Below the pieces are notes generated by a model. It ran no database searches, was not told where the DNA came from, and was given only the letters and a program-made list of their open reading frames with translations. Source: Octopus sinensis (lineage: Eukaryota). Taken from it: a DNA stretch of 64,000 nucleotides. The stretch covers positions 97,340,001-97,404,000 of the forward strand of contig NC_043006.1 of the NCBI RefSeq assembly GCF_006345805.1. Direction: 5' to 3'. Shown in pieces: positions 50,849 through 62,917 of this stretch; within the stretch, counting starts at the first letter, position 1; every line of letters starts with the position of its first letter. Made by a program: the position numbers and the translations under genes.

Positions 50849-51398
50849 TGTGTATGTGTGTATTTGCATACTTATTTACAATCATGTTTATATGTGTCTA
50901 CGTGTTGTGTTTGTGCATAAAAGTTCTTGGAGGTGTAGACCGAAAGAGATATTAATAATGATAGAAAAAATATCAGAAGATGGATGAATATTTCTTTTAT
51001 TTTTACAAAGATATATAAAAAGCTTGGATTTTTCCTAAGGAAATGATAGAACACTACTTCCTTTGCCTTTGTTTTCTGTAGATATTAACAGCTAGAAGCA
51101 AAAGAAACCTAAAAAAACCCCCCAAAAACAAGGGAAGCAGTGCTCTACTATTTTCTTAGAAAAATCCAGACTTTTTATATCTTTATATAAATAAAGGAGA
51201 AAATATATTTTTGTCTCCTGATTAATTTTCTCTCACATCAATATGCCGCTGTGGCGAAGATGCTTGTTTCCTAATAATGTGATCTTGCGTTGAGTTCCAT
51301 TGCACGGCATATTGGGCAGGTGTCTTCAGCTATAACTCTAGGTTGACCAAATCTCTAAATTGATTATATAGTCGGAGACTGTGAGGCTCGTCTCATAC

Positions 51399-51486
<88 letters not shown>

Positions 51487-51496
51487 CAACAATAAT

Positions 51497-51970
51497 AACT
51501 AATTGGAAGTGTCATCATGTACATTGTTTTGTCTTGGTATAAAAGATGAACTACAGCAAATATTCTGCTCAATATCACAGATTTGCTTGTCAGTTGCTTG
51601 ACCGTAACCAGTAGAGCATGTCCCTTAGTGCATCTCTGATCACGAGCAAAAGTAGTGGGGGAGCATCATAGCCATGTGTTGTGAGGAATCCTTTGGGGTT
51701 TGGATAATTCATCCTTGGAAACATGGGTGTTTCGTTCATCATCTTTAAACAGACCTCATTCAGGGACCTTTTGAGCGGGATGAGTTATTCGACGAGAAGA
51801 AAACTCTGATCCCCACCTGCAAGGTCATGCGCTGTTTGATCTTGATATGAGATCACCATGCCGCGCACATATGGTTGTGATACATGTGCCTGGTGTACCC
51901 TTATCAGACAGGTAGTCATGATGGGTATACTGAGCTTCGTATATTTTACCCCAGTGTCACTTTGATGGCA
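51497..51970 (+). mobile_element. Element X copy, slightly truncated, between (TAA)n tracts
   Basis: Homologous to 52698-53235. Confidence 0.85.
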
Positions 51971-51984
51971 TTAATAATAATAAA

Positions 51985-52539
51985 TACAACAAATTCCGGA
52001 ATTAGACATACAAGAAACAAGCACAGAAAAAGCTAAGCGCATGAAAACCCGTGCTAAAACTGCTGCCTTAGATATTCTGAATGATAAATGGCAAGAAAAC
52101 CTCTCAATGGCAAATACCCAAAGAGAGTGAATAATGCAGATGTTGACAAAGCCCTGTCCCATCAATGGCTAATGGCCTCTGGCTTAAAATCTGAAACAGA
52201 AGGGTTTATCGCAGCAGCTCAAGATCAATGCTTACCTACAAGGAACTACCAGGCCAACATATTAAAGAACGGCAGTAGCCCAACATGTCGTGTATGTCAA
52301 CAACAGAATGAAACCATTGATCATGTTGTCTCCAAGTGCAGTCTTCTTGCGCCTACAGAGTATCTCAACAGGCATGGTAGAGCTGCACAATATATTCACT
52401 GGGTAATTTGCAAAAACCTGGATTTGCCCCATGATAATAACTGGTGGAAACACAAACCCCAACAAACTTGTTGTCTCTTGAGGTCTCTGGGTGAGACTTG
52501 AAGCCAGCTTGTGCAAATGTAAAGCAAAAGTCAAACATA

Positions 52540-52540
<1 letters not shown>
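51985..52540 (+). mobile_element. R4/Dong-like LINE fragment (CCHC region joined to a 3' end) between (TAA)n tracts
   Basis: ORF ...ETEGFIAAAQDQCLPTRNY...CRVCQQQNETIDHVVSKC...IHWVICKNL..WWKHKP. Confidence 0.85.
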
Positions 52541-52571
<31 letters not shown>

Positions 52572-52593
52572 TAATAATAATAATAACAATAAC

Positions 52594-52637
<44 letters not shown>

Positions 52638-52641
52638 TAAC

Positions 52642-52697
<56 letters not shown>

Positions 52698-52699
<2 letters not shown>

Positions 52700-53235
52700 C
52701 AGTACCAGGCAGTGGCTTCTGATCTTAACTGATTGGAAGTGTTATCATGTACATTGTTTTGTCTTGGTATAAAAGATGGGCTACAGCAAATATTCTGCTC
52801 AATACCACAGATTTGCTTGTCAGTTGTTTGACCTTAACCAGTTGAGCATGTCCCTTAGTGGCTGACGATATGTGCATCTCTGATCACGAGCAGAAGTAGT
52901 GGGGGAGCATCATAGCCATGTGTTGAGAAGGATTCTTTGGGGTTTGAATAATTCACCTCTGGAAACATGGGTGTTTCGTTCAACGTCCTTAAACAATCCT
53001 TATTCAGGGACCTTTTGAGCGGGATGGGTTACTCGATCTGAAGAAAATTCTAACTGGGCTCCACCTGCAAGGTCATATGCTGTTTATCTTGATATGAGAT
53101 CACCATGTCGCGCACATATGGTTGTGATGCATGTGCCTGGTGTACCCTTATCAGACGGGTAGTCATGATGGGTATATTGGGCTTCGTATATTTTACCCCA
53201 GTGTCACTTTGATGGCATGCACTGCTCTCTCACTC
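52698..53235 (+). mobile_element. Near-complete element X flanked on both sides by (TAA)n
   Basis: (AAT)n at 52541-52697 and 53236-53256. Confidence 0.9.
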
Positions 53236-53256
53236 AATAATAATAATAATAATAAT

Positions 53257-53313
53257 GAGAAGAAGAAGAAGAAGAAGAAGAAGAAGAAGAAGAAGAAGAA
53301 GAAGAAGAAGAAG

Positions 53314-53343
<30 letters not shown>
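53257..53343. repeat. (GAA)n microsatellite
   Basis: Direct reading. Confidence 0.95.
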
Positions 53344-53345
<2 letters not shown>

Positions 53346-53639
53346 TATCAAGAGGACATCCTTTAATAGTGCGTAACTCATTAGCGCTCTTAAGGTGCAA
53401 TAAGAATATAGTCAAGAATGGAGAATGAATGTCAAAGGTCAAGTTCCTTTACCAAATTAAATCACTTCGCATCATAGGCAGGTTCCTTCATTTATAGTCT
53501 CACTTCAAGTACCAATACAAAGATCATGGAAGCGTATAATATGCTTTCGTGATTCGTATATTTGTACTTGAATTGATGCGAAGTAATTTAATTTGATGAA
53601 GGGACTTGACATTTGAAATTCGTTCTCTATATTTGACAG

Positions 53640-53736
<97 letters not shown>

Positions 53737-56688
53737 AAAAGCAGAAGCGATTAGGTACAGCAAAGCACTAGCCATAGATAGAAATAGAGTAGAGGGTGAG
53801 CTAGTTAAGAAGCTAGAAGAGGTAATTAGAAGCGGCATCGCATCCGACGTTTTGGCGGCGAGGTGGCCCTCGACCAACACTTCAACGCCAAACACGAAGG
53901 ATGTGCTGTCAGAGCTAGGATGCGTGCTCTAAGGAACGAAGGTGTTGGAGCCGCGAGAGAGGCCCGGGTGGCAGAGGCGCAACAGGGCAACAAAGCCACC
54001 ATTCGGTCACTGGTAGATGAGAACAGGGGCGCGAATTGCTCGAGCCAAGTAAAATGTGTGAGGCCTTCAGCAGCATTTTGCCCGACTGTTCGGAACGAGT
54101 GGAGGGCAAGAACGTAGGGTGGACTTCAGTGCCTACCTACATAGCCTACCACGACTCTCGACAAGAAGGCAGGGTGCTGCGAAGGTGCCATCACGGCGGC
54201 GGAAGTGCGGGAAGCGATGGCAGAATGCTCGAGGGACAAATCACCGGTTTGGATAGTCTACCCTACGAGCTTTACAATTGTATGCCAGACTTGTTTGGAG
54301 ATCTCTTGGCGGCGGTGTACTGCAACTGGCAGCAAAACGGGAGCATTCCTGGTTTTGTGAGCCGAGGAGCCGTAACACTGCTGAAGAAAGATCTAAACAA
54401 GGGAAATGTAATAGATAACTTTAGGCCCATCACTCTGCTTAATGCAGACTTGAAAATTTTGGCCAAGGTGCTAGCCAAGAGGTTGGTGCTTGTCATCGAG
54501 AAACTGGTCGACAAGGTGCAAACATGCGCCGTGCCAGGCCGGACCATCCATGACAACCTCCATCTGATGCGCTACATCATAGACAGGGTAGTTAACGAAC
54601 CTGGCATGGGTGGGGCCCTGATCAACTTGGATCAATCGAAAGCCTTTGATAGGGTGGACCATCGATACTTGGAGGCAGTCCTGAGAGCGGCTGGTTTCGG
54701 GCCCGTCTTCCGCGGCTGGATAGCTGCCTTGTACAGAGGCATCCGTTCGGTAATTCGCGTAAATGGACATCTATCGAGACCTTTCGACATTGCACGTTCG
54801 GTCCGTCAGGGATGCCCCCTCTCGGCGCTTCTATACGTATTGACTCTTGAGCCACTACTGCGGAAGCTGGCGACTCTAAGGGGCATCCCGCGAGAATTGG
54901 GATGCGGGACGAGCGTGTCTGCATACGCGGACGACGTCACCGTCATAGTGTCTAGCCACGAGCACATCGAGCTGGTCGGCGAGACACTGAAAAACTACGA
55001 AGCGGTGACAGGAGCGAAAATCAACCGGGAAAAGTCAGTGGGCTTGCGACTAGGCACCTGGAGAAGCAAGCCCATGCCGTCCACCAGCGCCTCCGTCGTG
55101 GGACGCTGGACCGACGGCCCGGTTGAGTTGCTCGGGGTCTGGTTTGGTCCGGACCTCCAAGTGGAGAAGAACTGGAACGAGATAACGAGTAGGGTGGTCA
55201 CTCTCGCCCGGCAATGGGCCGAGAGGAAACTGTCCCTAAAAGGTCGGGCGGAGGTGGCGAACACGTACATCGCGTCCGTCATCTACTACCGCCTGACCGT
55301 CGTACCTTGTCCCGACCCTACCATCACCGAACTACAACGCATCCTCTTTCGCTTCTTGTGGAAGGATGCGTCCCGATGGTCAGGCGATCCATTTGCTGTC
55401 AACACCCGTTAAAAGGAGGGCTGGGCATGCCGTGGTTGATGATGCGCAGACACGCGCTGAGACTGCGACATCTCTGGCTCTATGTAGACGACGGTGAACA
55501 GGTGTGGTCGCCGTTTGTGAGGCACGCTTTCCGCAGCTCGTCTCCATGACTGAACTGCAGTCGTGGATCAAAAAGAGGCCGAGGAAGGGCGAATGGCACC
55601 GCGAGTGTCGCGTTGCTCTCAAGCAACTCTGCCGTCCTGGGTCGACCTTAAGTGACTTCAACACAACCAGAGCATTCTATAGGGGTTTAGTGGAGGGGAG
55701 GTACGACGACGAGCTCGGGGCGAACCTGGACGTCGACGAGGAGTACCTGACCCGCTGTGTTCGGGACGACTTTCGGGCCAGGGCCCATGGACAACTTCCA
55801 GAGATCCCTGGCCTGGCAGTGCTACCGAGAAGCGCTACCCGTTCGGGATAAGCTCTACAGACACGGCTCGAGAAACACGGGGCCGACCTGCCCGAGATGC
55901 GGTCAGAGCGACGAAACCGTTCTGTACGCACTCGGCAGTGTCCAACAATTTCCGACCTGTGGGCTTATGTCGAACAACTGCTGTCACGTGTGGGACGAGT
56001 CGGTTTATCAGCTGAGTCTATCGTCAATATTGTCACGCCTCCTTCCTTCAAACGGGAAGGAAGAGCTATTTTCATCATCCTTGTGGCTATGGCGAAAGAA
56101 TGTATCTGGTGGACGCGTCTGAAAGGATTGGAGACAAACACTTTCCTCTCTGGTCAATCTCTCATCAACTTCTTCAAGTACCACTTGAAAAGGAAAGTGA
56201 GAGTAGAGAGGCAAGTTTTGTCTAGCGAATGTTTTAAAAAAAGATGGGTGAATGTAGCAAGAATGGCACGTATGAATGACGAAGCCACCTTGAGCATAGT
56301 CCTATGAACCCAGAAATCGAAAACAGAGAGTTGCTTATTTGCAAAAAAAAAAAAAAAAAAAAAGAAATATAAAATGTGACTTCATTGACCGAGGTTACCG
56401 TGGTGTTTCCGTAGGCTTTTCTTTCACGGGTAAACCTCACCTGTCCTCCCCTTTACACTTCATATTGAATTTCTGTGATAACGATCCCTATTGATCAATT
56501 TTTTTTTTTTTTTTTTTTCTCTCCCCTTTTTTTTAACCCCCCTTTTTTTGTCCTCTTTCTCTCCTTTTACGATCCCTTTTGATCGAAACTCCCCTTCCTT
56601 TTTTTTTTTTTTAAACCTTCAAAAAAAAAAGCTCTACCTTGTAATTTGTTCTATCTGTGTGCAGCCCTGTGTGGCTAATAAAGAAACA
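53737..56688 (+). mobile_element. 5'-truncated Tx1-like (L1 group) LINE inserted in (TATC)n
   Basis: RT motifs (NFRPITLLNADLKILAK, LDQSKAFDRVDH, QGCPLS, YADD) and a C-terminal CPRC..ETV zinc knuckle. The 3' UTR ends AATAAAgaaaca directly into (TATC)n, and (TATC)n also lies upstream (53638-53736). Confidence 0.92.
54036..55412 (+). CDS. Tx1-like reverse transcriptase; frameshifted at both ends
   Basis: 458-aa ORF containing the RT domains. Confidence 0.9.
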   Translation: MLEPSKMCEAFSSILPDCSERVEGKNVGWTSVPTYIAYHDSRQEGRVLRRCHHGGGSAGSDGRMLEGQITGLDSLPYELYNCMPDLFGDLLAAVYCNWQQNGSIPGFVSRGAVTLLKKDLNKGNVIDNFRPITLLNADLKILAKVLAKRLVLVIEKLVDKVQTCAVPGRTIHDNLHLMRYIIDRVVNEPGMGGALINLDQSKAFDRVDHRYLEAVLRAAGFGPVFRGWIAALYRGIRSVIRVNGHLSRPFDIARSVRQGCPLSALLYVLTLEPLLRKLATLRGIPRELGCGTSVSAYADDVTVIVSSHEHIELVGETLKNYEAVTGAKINREKSVGLRLGTWRSKPMPSTSASVVGRWTDGPVELLGVWFGPDLQVEKNWNEITSRVVTLARQWAERKLSLKGRAEVANTYIASVIYYRLTVVPCPDPTITELQRILFRFLWKDASRWSGDPFAVNTR

Positions 56689-56814
<126 letters not shown>

Positions 56815-57053
56815 CGATCTATCTATCTATCTATCCATCCATCCATCCATCCATCCATCCATCCATACATACATACGTACGTACGTACATACATGCATAT
56901 ATACCCATGTTGAAATTCCAATGAAGGAGCCTTGAATCTAGTGGCAAGAAATCTTGAAATAAACTGAATAATGACATACATACATACATGTACAAACGCA
57001 CACACACACTCACACGCACACACACGCATATATAGATGGAAGATAAAAGAATG

Positions 57054-57112
57054 TTTATTGATCACTACTATTGTTTCGATCCATCTACCATTAATCCCTC
57101 ACCGGTGGGGTG
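57054..57112 (-). other. Hammerhead-like relic homologous to 50061-50118
   Basis: ACCGGUGAGG...AUC GAAAC AAUA GUA GUGAU caauaaa. Confidence 0.35.
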
Positions 57113-57285
57113 TTAAAAATCTGGTTTAGGTGTATCCGTCAGTGTAGATGTGTCTCCTCAGGTGATTTCAAGAGGCATCTTGTTAAAATAAACTCTGTTA
57201 CGCAAGATTTCTTCTTGGTCCTTGCATAAATAACTGGCAAATTAAGGTATGGAGTTTCATACTTACAGAAAATACATAACAAATA

Positions 57286-57320
57286 TCGAGATGTTTCGAG
57301 CATGGCTCTTTGTCAGAGAG
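57286..57320 (-). other. Decayed hammerhead motif in a PLE-like terminal module
   Basis: ctct CUGACAA A GAGC cau GCUC GAAAC auc; G8A is not compensated. Confidence 0.45.
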
Positions 57321-58286
57321 AGAACAGAGGAAAGGCCCGGAGAGCAGGAAGAGAATGATTCGAAAAAAGTACGTGTGTGGTTACATGGCTAAATAGATTG
57401 GAAGTGGAGATAAAAATAGTTTTTGAAGGCAAGAGAGTGCAAAAATTGCCAGTGTGTGTGTGTATGTGTGTGTGTATGTGTGTGTGTATGTATTTGTGTG
57501 TGTGTGGTAGTATCAGCGTGCGCATGTTTTAGTGTTTATGTGAGTGAATGTATATGTGAAAGAATAATGCTGACAACGTGTGTGAGTTTCTTTTTGCTTT
57601 CACCCATTACCACTATTCGACAACCAGTGACGGCTTGCTTACATTCCCATAATTTAGCGGTTCGGCAAAAGAGAAACGATAGAATAAATACCTGGTTAGA
57701 AAAAAGAAGTCATGAGAATAAAGTGTCTAAAATGGATAAATTCGAGGATTGCTCTGCTCCGATGGTAGAGCACCTGTCATAATTGCAAAAAATGTGGTTT
57801 CGAACCCCATGGACAAATTTTTTCAATCCAAAAGGGTTCTTTTTAACTCGATATGTCTTAATTAGCAGCCAGCCAATTATGACGGCGAGAGTTTCAGTTG
57901 ATCCGATCAACGAACAGCCTCCTTAATAGTTTAAAATGGCCGAATACTTTTGCACGGTACGGTATATATATATATTAACGTGGTAATAGTCTCGCTAAGA
58001 TACTTAATTACACTGTTGAATAAAGCTAAAGATTTCAATCAAAGCTATGTTTGAGCTTAATGAAAAAGCTGGCTCCTCTGAATTGGTTTAAATTCATAAT
58101 TGGGTTTTTTCTTAGTCGTTTATGAGTAGTCGTTTATTACTATTCACAAGACGTCTGTACATGTTTCCTCTACATCTGTATTGCTAGCAGAATTCTAAAA
58201 ATTCAGAGTGTAAACACAACGTATCTCCACATACACACATGTACCAACACACACACACACACACCACATGTATGCATGTATGCATG

Positions 58287-58320
<34 letters not shown>

Positions 58321-58398
58321 TGTATGTATGTTGTATGTATGTAGTATGTATGTTATGTATGTATGTATGTACGCATTGCATGTATGTATTTACGTATG

Positions 58399-58455
<57 letters not shown>

Positions 58456-58489
58456 AGAGTTCACAAAAAGCAACAAATAGAAGTGGTGT

Positions 58490-59545
58490 AGACAATAGAT
58501 GTACACCAGGGAAGTGAAAAAGACTTTCACGTTTCGAGCCTACGCTCTTCCACAGAAAGGAACACAGAGAGAAACAGGGAGAGAAAATAAAGAATGTTTA
58601 GTGACTAGCGATCTGTCATGGCGAATGCCGGACAGAGGGGTCACACAGGAGAGCTAGGAAGAAGGGGAGATAATAAAGTAGTGGTTATTCGAGAACGAAG
58701 GTGTGCGTAAGTATAAGAGAGCTTGTATGTGCGTATGGAAGAGGGCTGGTAACCTTGACATGTGCGTGTGTGCATGTGTAGGTGTGTGGATGATAGTGTG
58801 GGTGCTGGAAGTGTTCAGTGCTTGTGTGTGCGTGGTGGTGTGATGTGATGTGGTGTTGTGTGGTGTGTTGTGATGTGGTGTTGTGTGGTGTGGTGGCGTT
58901 AGGATGTGGGGAGGCGAGAGTGGGGAAAACAAGGGTGGAATGTGGGTTATGTTGAGGGTGGGGGTAGAGGTGGGGTATGTGGGAGTGGATGCAAGGGATG
59001 CAAGGGATGGAGTGGGGATGGGATGGGATGGATAGGGAAGGTGGGGTTGGATTGTTTAGGAGTGGGGTTAAGGGAGGGGTGACGATGAAGGGAGGGAGGA
59101 AGAGAGAAGGTGGGTGGGAGTGATGAGAAGGGAGAAGGAGGGTAGGAGGGAAGAGAAGAAGTAGGAGTCGGAGCAAGAGAGGAGAGGTGGGTGGGAGGAA
59201 GTAGGTGTGAGAGGAAGAGAGGAGAGGCCTGAAGGGTTAGATGAAAAGGGGAGGAGAGTTGAGCCCGCATGACGCAAAGGAGCGAAAAGAGAAGATCAAT
59301 CCCTGTTCACGGAGAAGACGGGAGTCCGGATGACCCCTGTGCAAGGTCAATCTGAACACAGTCAGGTGTTGCAAAAGGTGACCGGTAGAACGGAAATGGC
59401 GCGAGACTGGGGTGTCATTGTCTCGGAAGTGTTCCGCGAACCGGTCAGCCAAGCGGCGTCCCTGTAATATGATAGGGTCGATGATGGGTGCCGGTGAGGA
59501 GGATGGTGTAGGACAGATAAGAGCAAGTGTGGCAGCGTGGGCGGC
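58490..59545 (-). mobile_element. Penelope-like element 3' end (GIY-YIG C-terminus plus UTR with a hammerhead-like motif at 58524-58559)
   Basis: GRRLADRFAEH...PVSRHFRSTGH...EQGLIF...GLN; cuuu CUGUGGA A GAGC guag GCUC GAAAC GUG aaag. Confidence 0.8.
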
Positions 59546-59626
59546 ATATATACGTACATAAATGTGTGAGCATATGTATATTTGTAGAGACACACACACA
59601 CACGCGAACACACACAAATATATATG

Positions 59627-59660
<34 letters not shown>

Positions 59661-60022
59661 TGTATGTAGGTATTTATGTATGAATGTATGTATATGTAGT
59701 GTGTATGTGTGTGTGTTTGTGTGTATATTTCTATGTATGTAGTATGTGTTTGTGTGAACGTGCGCGTACAATATATAAAAGTCTGAAAATTAAATACCAC
59801 TATCTCCTGCTTACATATACATACATACACACATACATACTCATATACACAAACACATACACATATATAAGATATGCACATACTCAAATGTGCACAGACA
59901 CATAGATATATATTGATAGATAGATTTATACGTGAATATATATAAGCACATACATACATACATACATACACACATACATACACGTAAAAATATTAAAAAA
60001 TCATTCTCTATACATACACGTT

Positions 60023-60054
<32 letters not shown>

Positions 60055-60359
60055 CACACACACACATCGACAGATGGAGATATGAAATTTAAGGAGACAC
60101 CTATTTCAGATTAATTTTCTCTGTTGAAATTACAGTCACGCACTCCAAACTTGTTTCACTTTCACTATTGTGATATTATATTTCAGCCTATGTTTTAGGC
60201 ACCTATTATTTATTTATTTACTGTTGATGCCAAACTGGATTGTTATAATAAATCCTAGGTATCTTGGCTGACTTCCCACCACATCTAAATACATTAAATT
60301 TACCTTTTTGTTTATTTCCTGCTATTTCCCCCACACTTCTGCTCTTCCTTGATGCTGCT

Positions 60360-60844
60360 TTATGTTTTTTTAACTATGTCTGTGTGTACGCGCGTGTGTG
60401 TATGTGTTTATGTGTGTGTCTTCTGTGAGTGTATTTAATCATGTCTATGTTTGAATATATTTATATATTTATATGTATATGTAGGTATATATGCAATAAT
60501 ATATATTTATATATAATATTATAGATATATATATATATATATATATATATAATGTATGTATATATATATAATGCTGTATATATGTGTTGTATATATATGC
60601 ATTATATATATGTATATATATATATATAATTACATATAAATATGCTTATATATATGTATAAATATATATACATACATGCATATATATATATGTGTATATA
60701 TATATACATATAGATGCATATAATTAGAAGTTTTTATATATACATTTAAATATGTATACATATGTGTGTGTATGCATTTATACATTTATACATTTCTATC
60801 TGTCTGTCCATCTATCATCTATCTATCTTTCTATCTATCTATCC

Positions 60845-60885
<41 letters not shown>

Positions 60886-60905
60886 ACTATCTATCTATCT
60901 ATCTA

Positions 60906-60942
<37 letters not shown>

Positions 60943-61476
60943 ATTATATGAGTCTGTCTATATATATAAATATATATTTGTATAGATTTAAGGACACAGA
61001 GAAAGGGAGAGATGTTACTTATATATATTATATATATATTTATATATACTGTCTACGTACTAATCTAGAGATGTCTGTATATAAGTATGTAGACATGTGT
61101 GTACGTATATGCATGTATCCGAGCCTGTATGCGCGCGTGTTCTCACCCGTGTATCCATATTTATAATTTACACTAGTCAGGTGATCTTTTTCTCCTGTGG
61201 ACAGAATGTTCTCGAAGATATATGTTTGCAATGATATATGATTAGATATTTGAGAGAGGTTTATAGATTACTTCCGAGGTTTTTTTATCTACATGCGTCT
61301 ATACATCGTTATACGGTATATATATACGGTATATATATATATATTATATATATATACACACACATATATATATATATATATGAGTGTGTGTACGTTTATG
61401 TGTATATATATATATGTATTTATATATACATATATATATATATGTGTGCATAGATATATGTATATATATGTGTGTA

Positions 61477-61529
<53 letters not shown>

Positions 61530-61560
61530 ATATATATGTATAGACACACACACACACATA
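60360..61560. repeat. Compound (TA)/(TCTA)/(TG) low-complexity block
   Basis: Direct reading. Confidence 0.9.
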
Positions 61561-62831
61561 CCTTCCTTCATACAAGCACGCACACGCATATTCGCCCATA
61601 CCCATACAGATAATATCATTCAGTTTATTTTCCATAGGTAATCAATGATAAACTTTTGAACTCCAGGTAAAAGTGAGGTTTAGTGTCAGCAAAAGTGATT
61701 TTCAGTTTTTTTTTAAATAGAAAAAAAAAGAAAAAGAAACAAATTTATAAAATTATGGAATGTGCGATATTTTGGTTATGGACAAAGTGAGTGGGTGAGT
61801 GAGTGAGAGAGAGAGGGAGAGAGAGAGGGAAAGTGAGAGACTATGAAAGGGGGAATGAGAGAAAGAAAGAGTGAGAAAGAGATTATTTTTTTTTTTCATA
61901 GTTTATATTTCGAATAGTCTCTTGATGGCTTTAATAAGCAATGATAACTGTGAAATGAAGACGACGGTGATGATAATGATGATGATGATGATGGTCGTGT
62001 CGACATTTACGCCGATGGGGATAACGATATTGGTTAAGGTTTCTGTACCGTTCATGCCATTGGAGATGATTATGATGACGGTGGCGGAGACGACGTTGAC
62101 CACGATGATTCTAACAGTAAACAAATATGTGAAGAAAGGTTCCATGTATCTTTTTTTTTCTTTTCTCGACATTTTCTATGTCCTTTACCCCTAATATGTA
62201 CACATATACTCATAATTTCAACTCTACGCAAGCATTGCAAAGAACACACAAACATCCACTTTGCCTAATCAAAGAGAAATAACCAAAGGTCTGCTGTCTT
62301 AAAGTATGGATAAATATACCGGAGAAAGCACCAGATGGAAGAGCCACCAAAAAAAAAAAATGAAACCTGACTAGAGAGATGATGTGTGAGTGTAAGACAA
62401 GCACCTGTTTGCCTATATGGCAAGTTTGACCTGCATGGCTCTACAATTTGAATGGTGATGATGATCTCGATCTCGGCGGAATTTGAATTCAGAACTTAAG
62501 GACAGATGAAATACCTCTAAGTATTTCGTCCGGCGTGCTAACGTTTCCGCCAGCTGGCCACCTTTCTGATTCTAGATATTGACACGTGAATGTGACGAGT
62601 ATGTACGAAACAAACTTTAAAAAATTTATAGAAATAAGTTTTTACCAAACTACTTCTAAAAACATCAGCAAACAACGCCATCTAACAAGATTCCATATAA
62701 ATACATTGTATTTAACAAACAATGAGGATAGCAGCAACCAGTCTATAGAAACAAGCACAGCCAACGGAACACGATAACGTATGATTCATATGAGCTAAAA
62801 GTTGTCAGCAGGAAGCATATGTATAGACCTG

Positions 62832-62917
<86 letters not shown>

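Noticed and set aside
58940-59090. G-quadruplex-prone G-run cluster
   Set aside because: It is explained as the antisense of the C-rich PLE UTR; there is no independent evidence of function.
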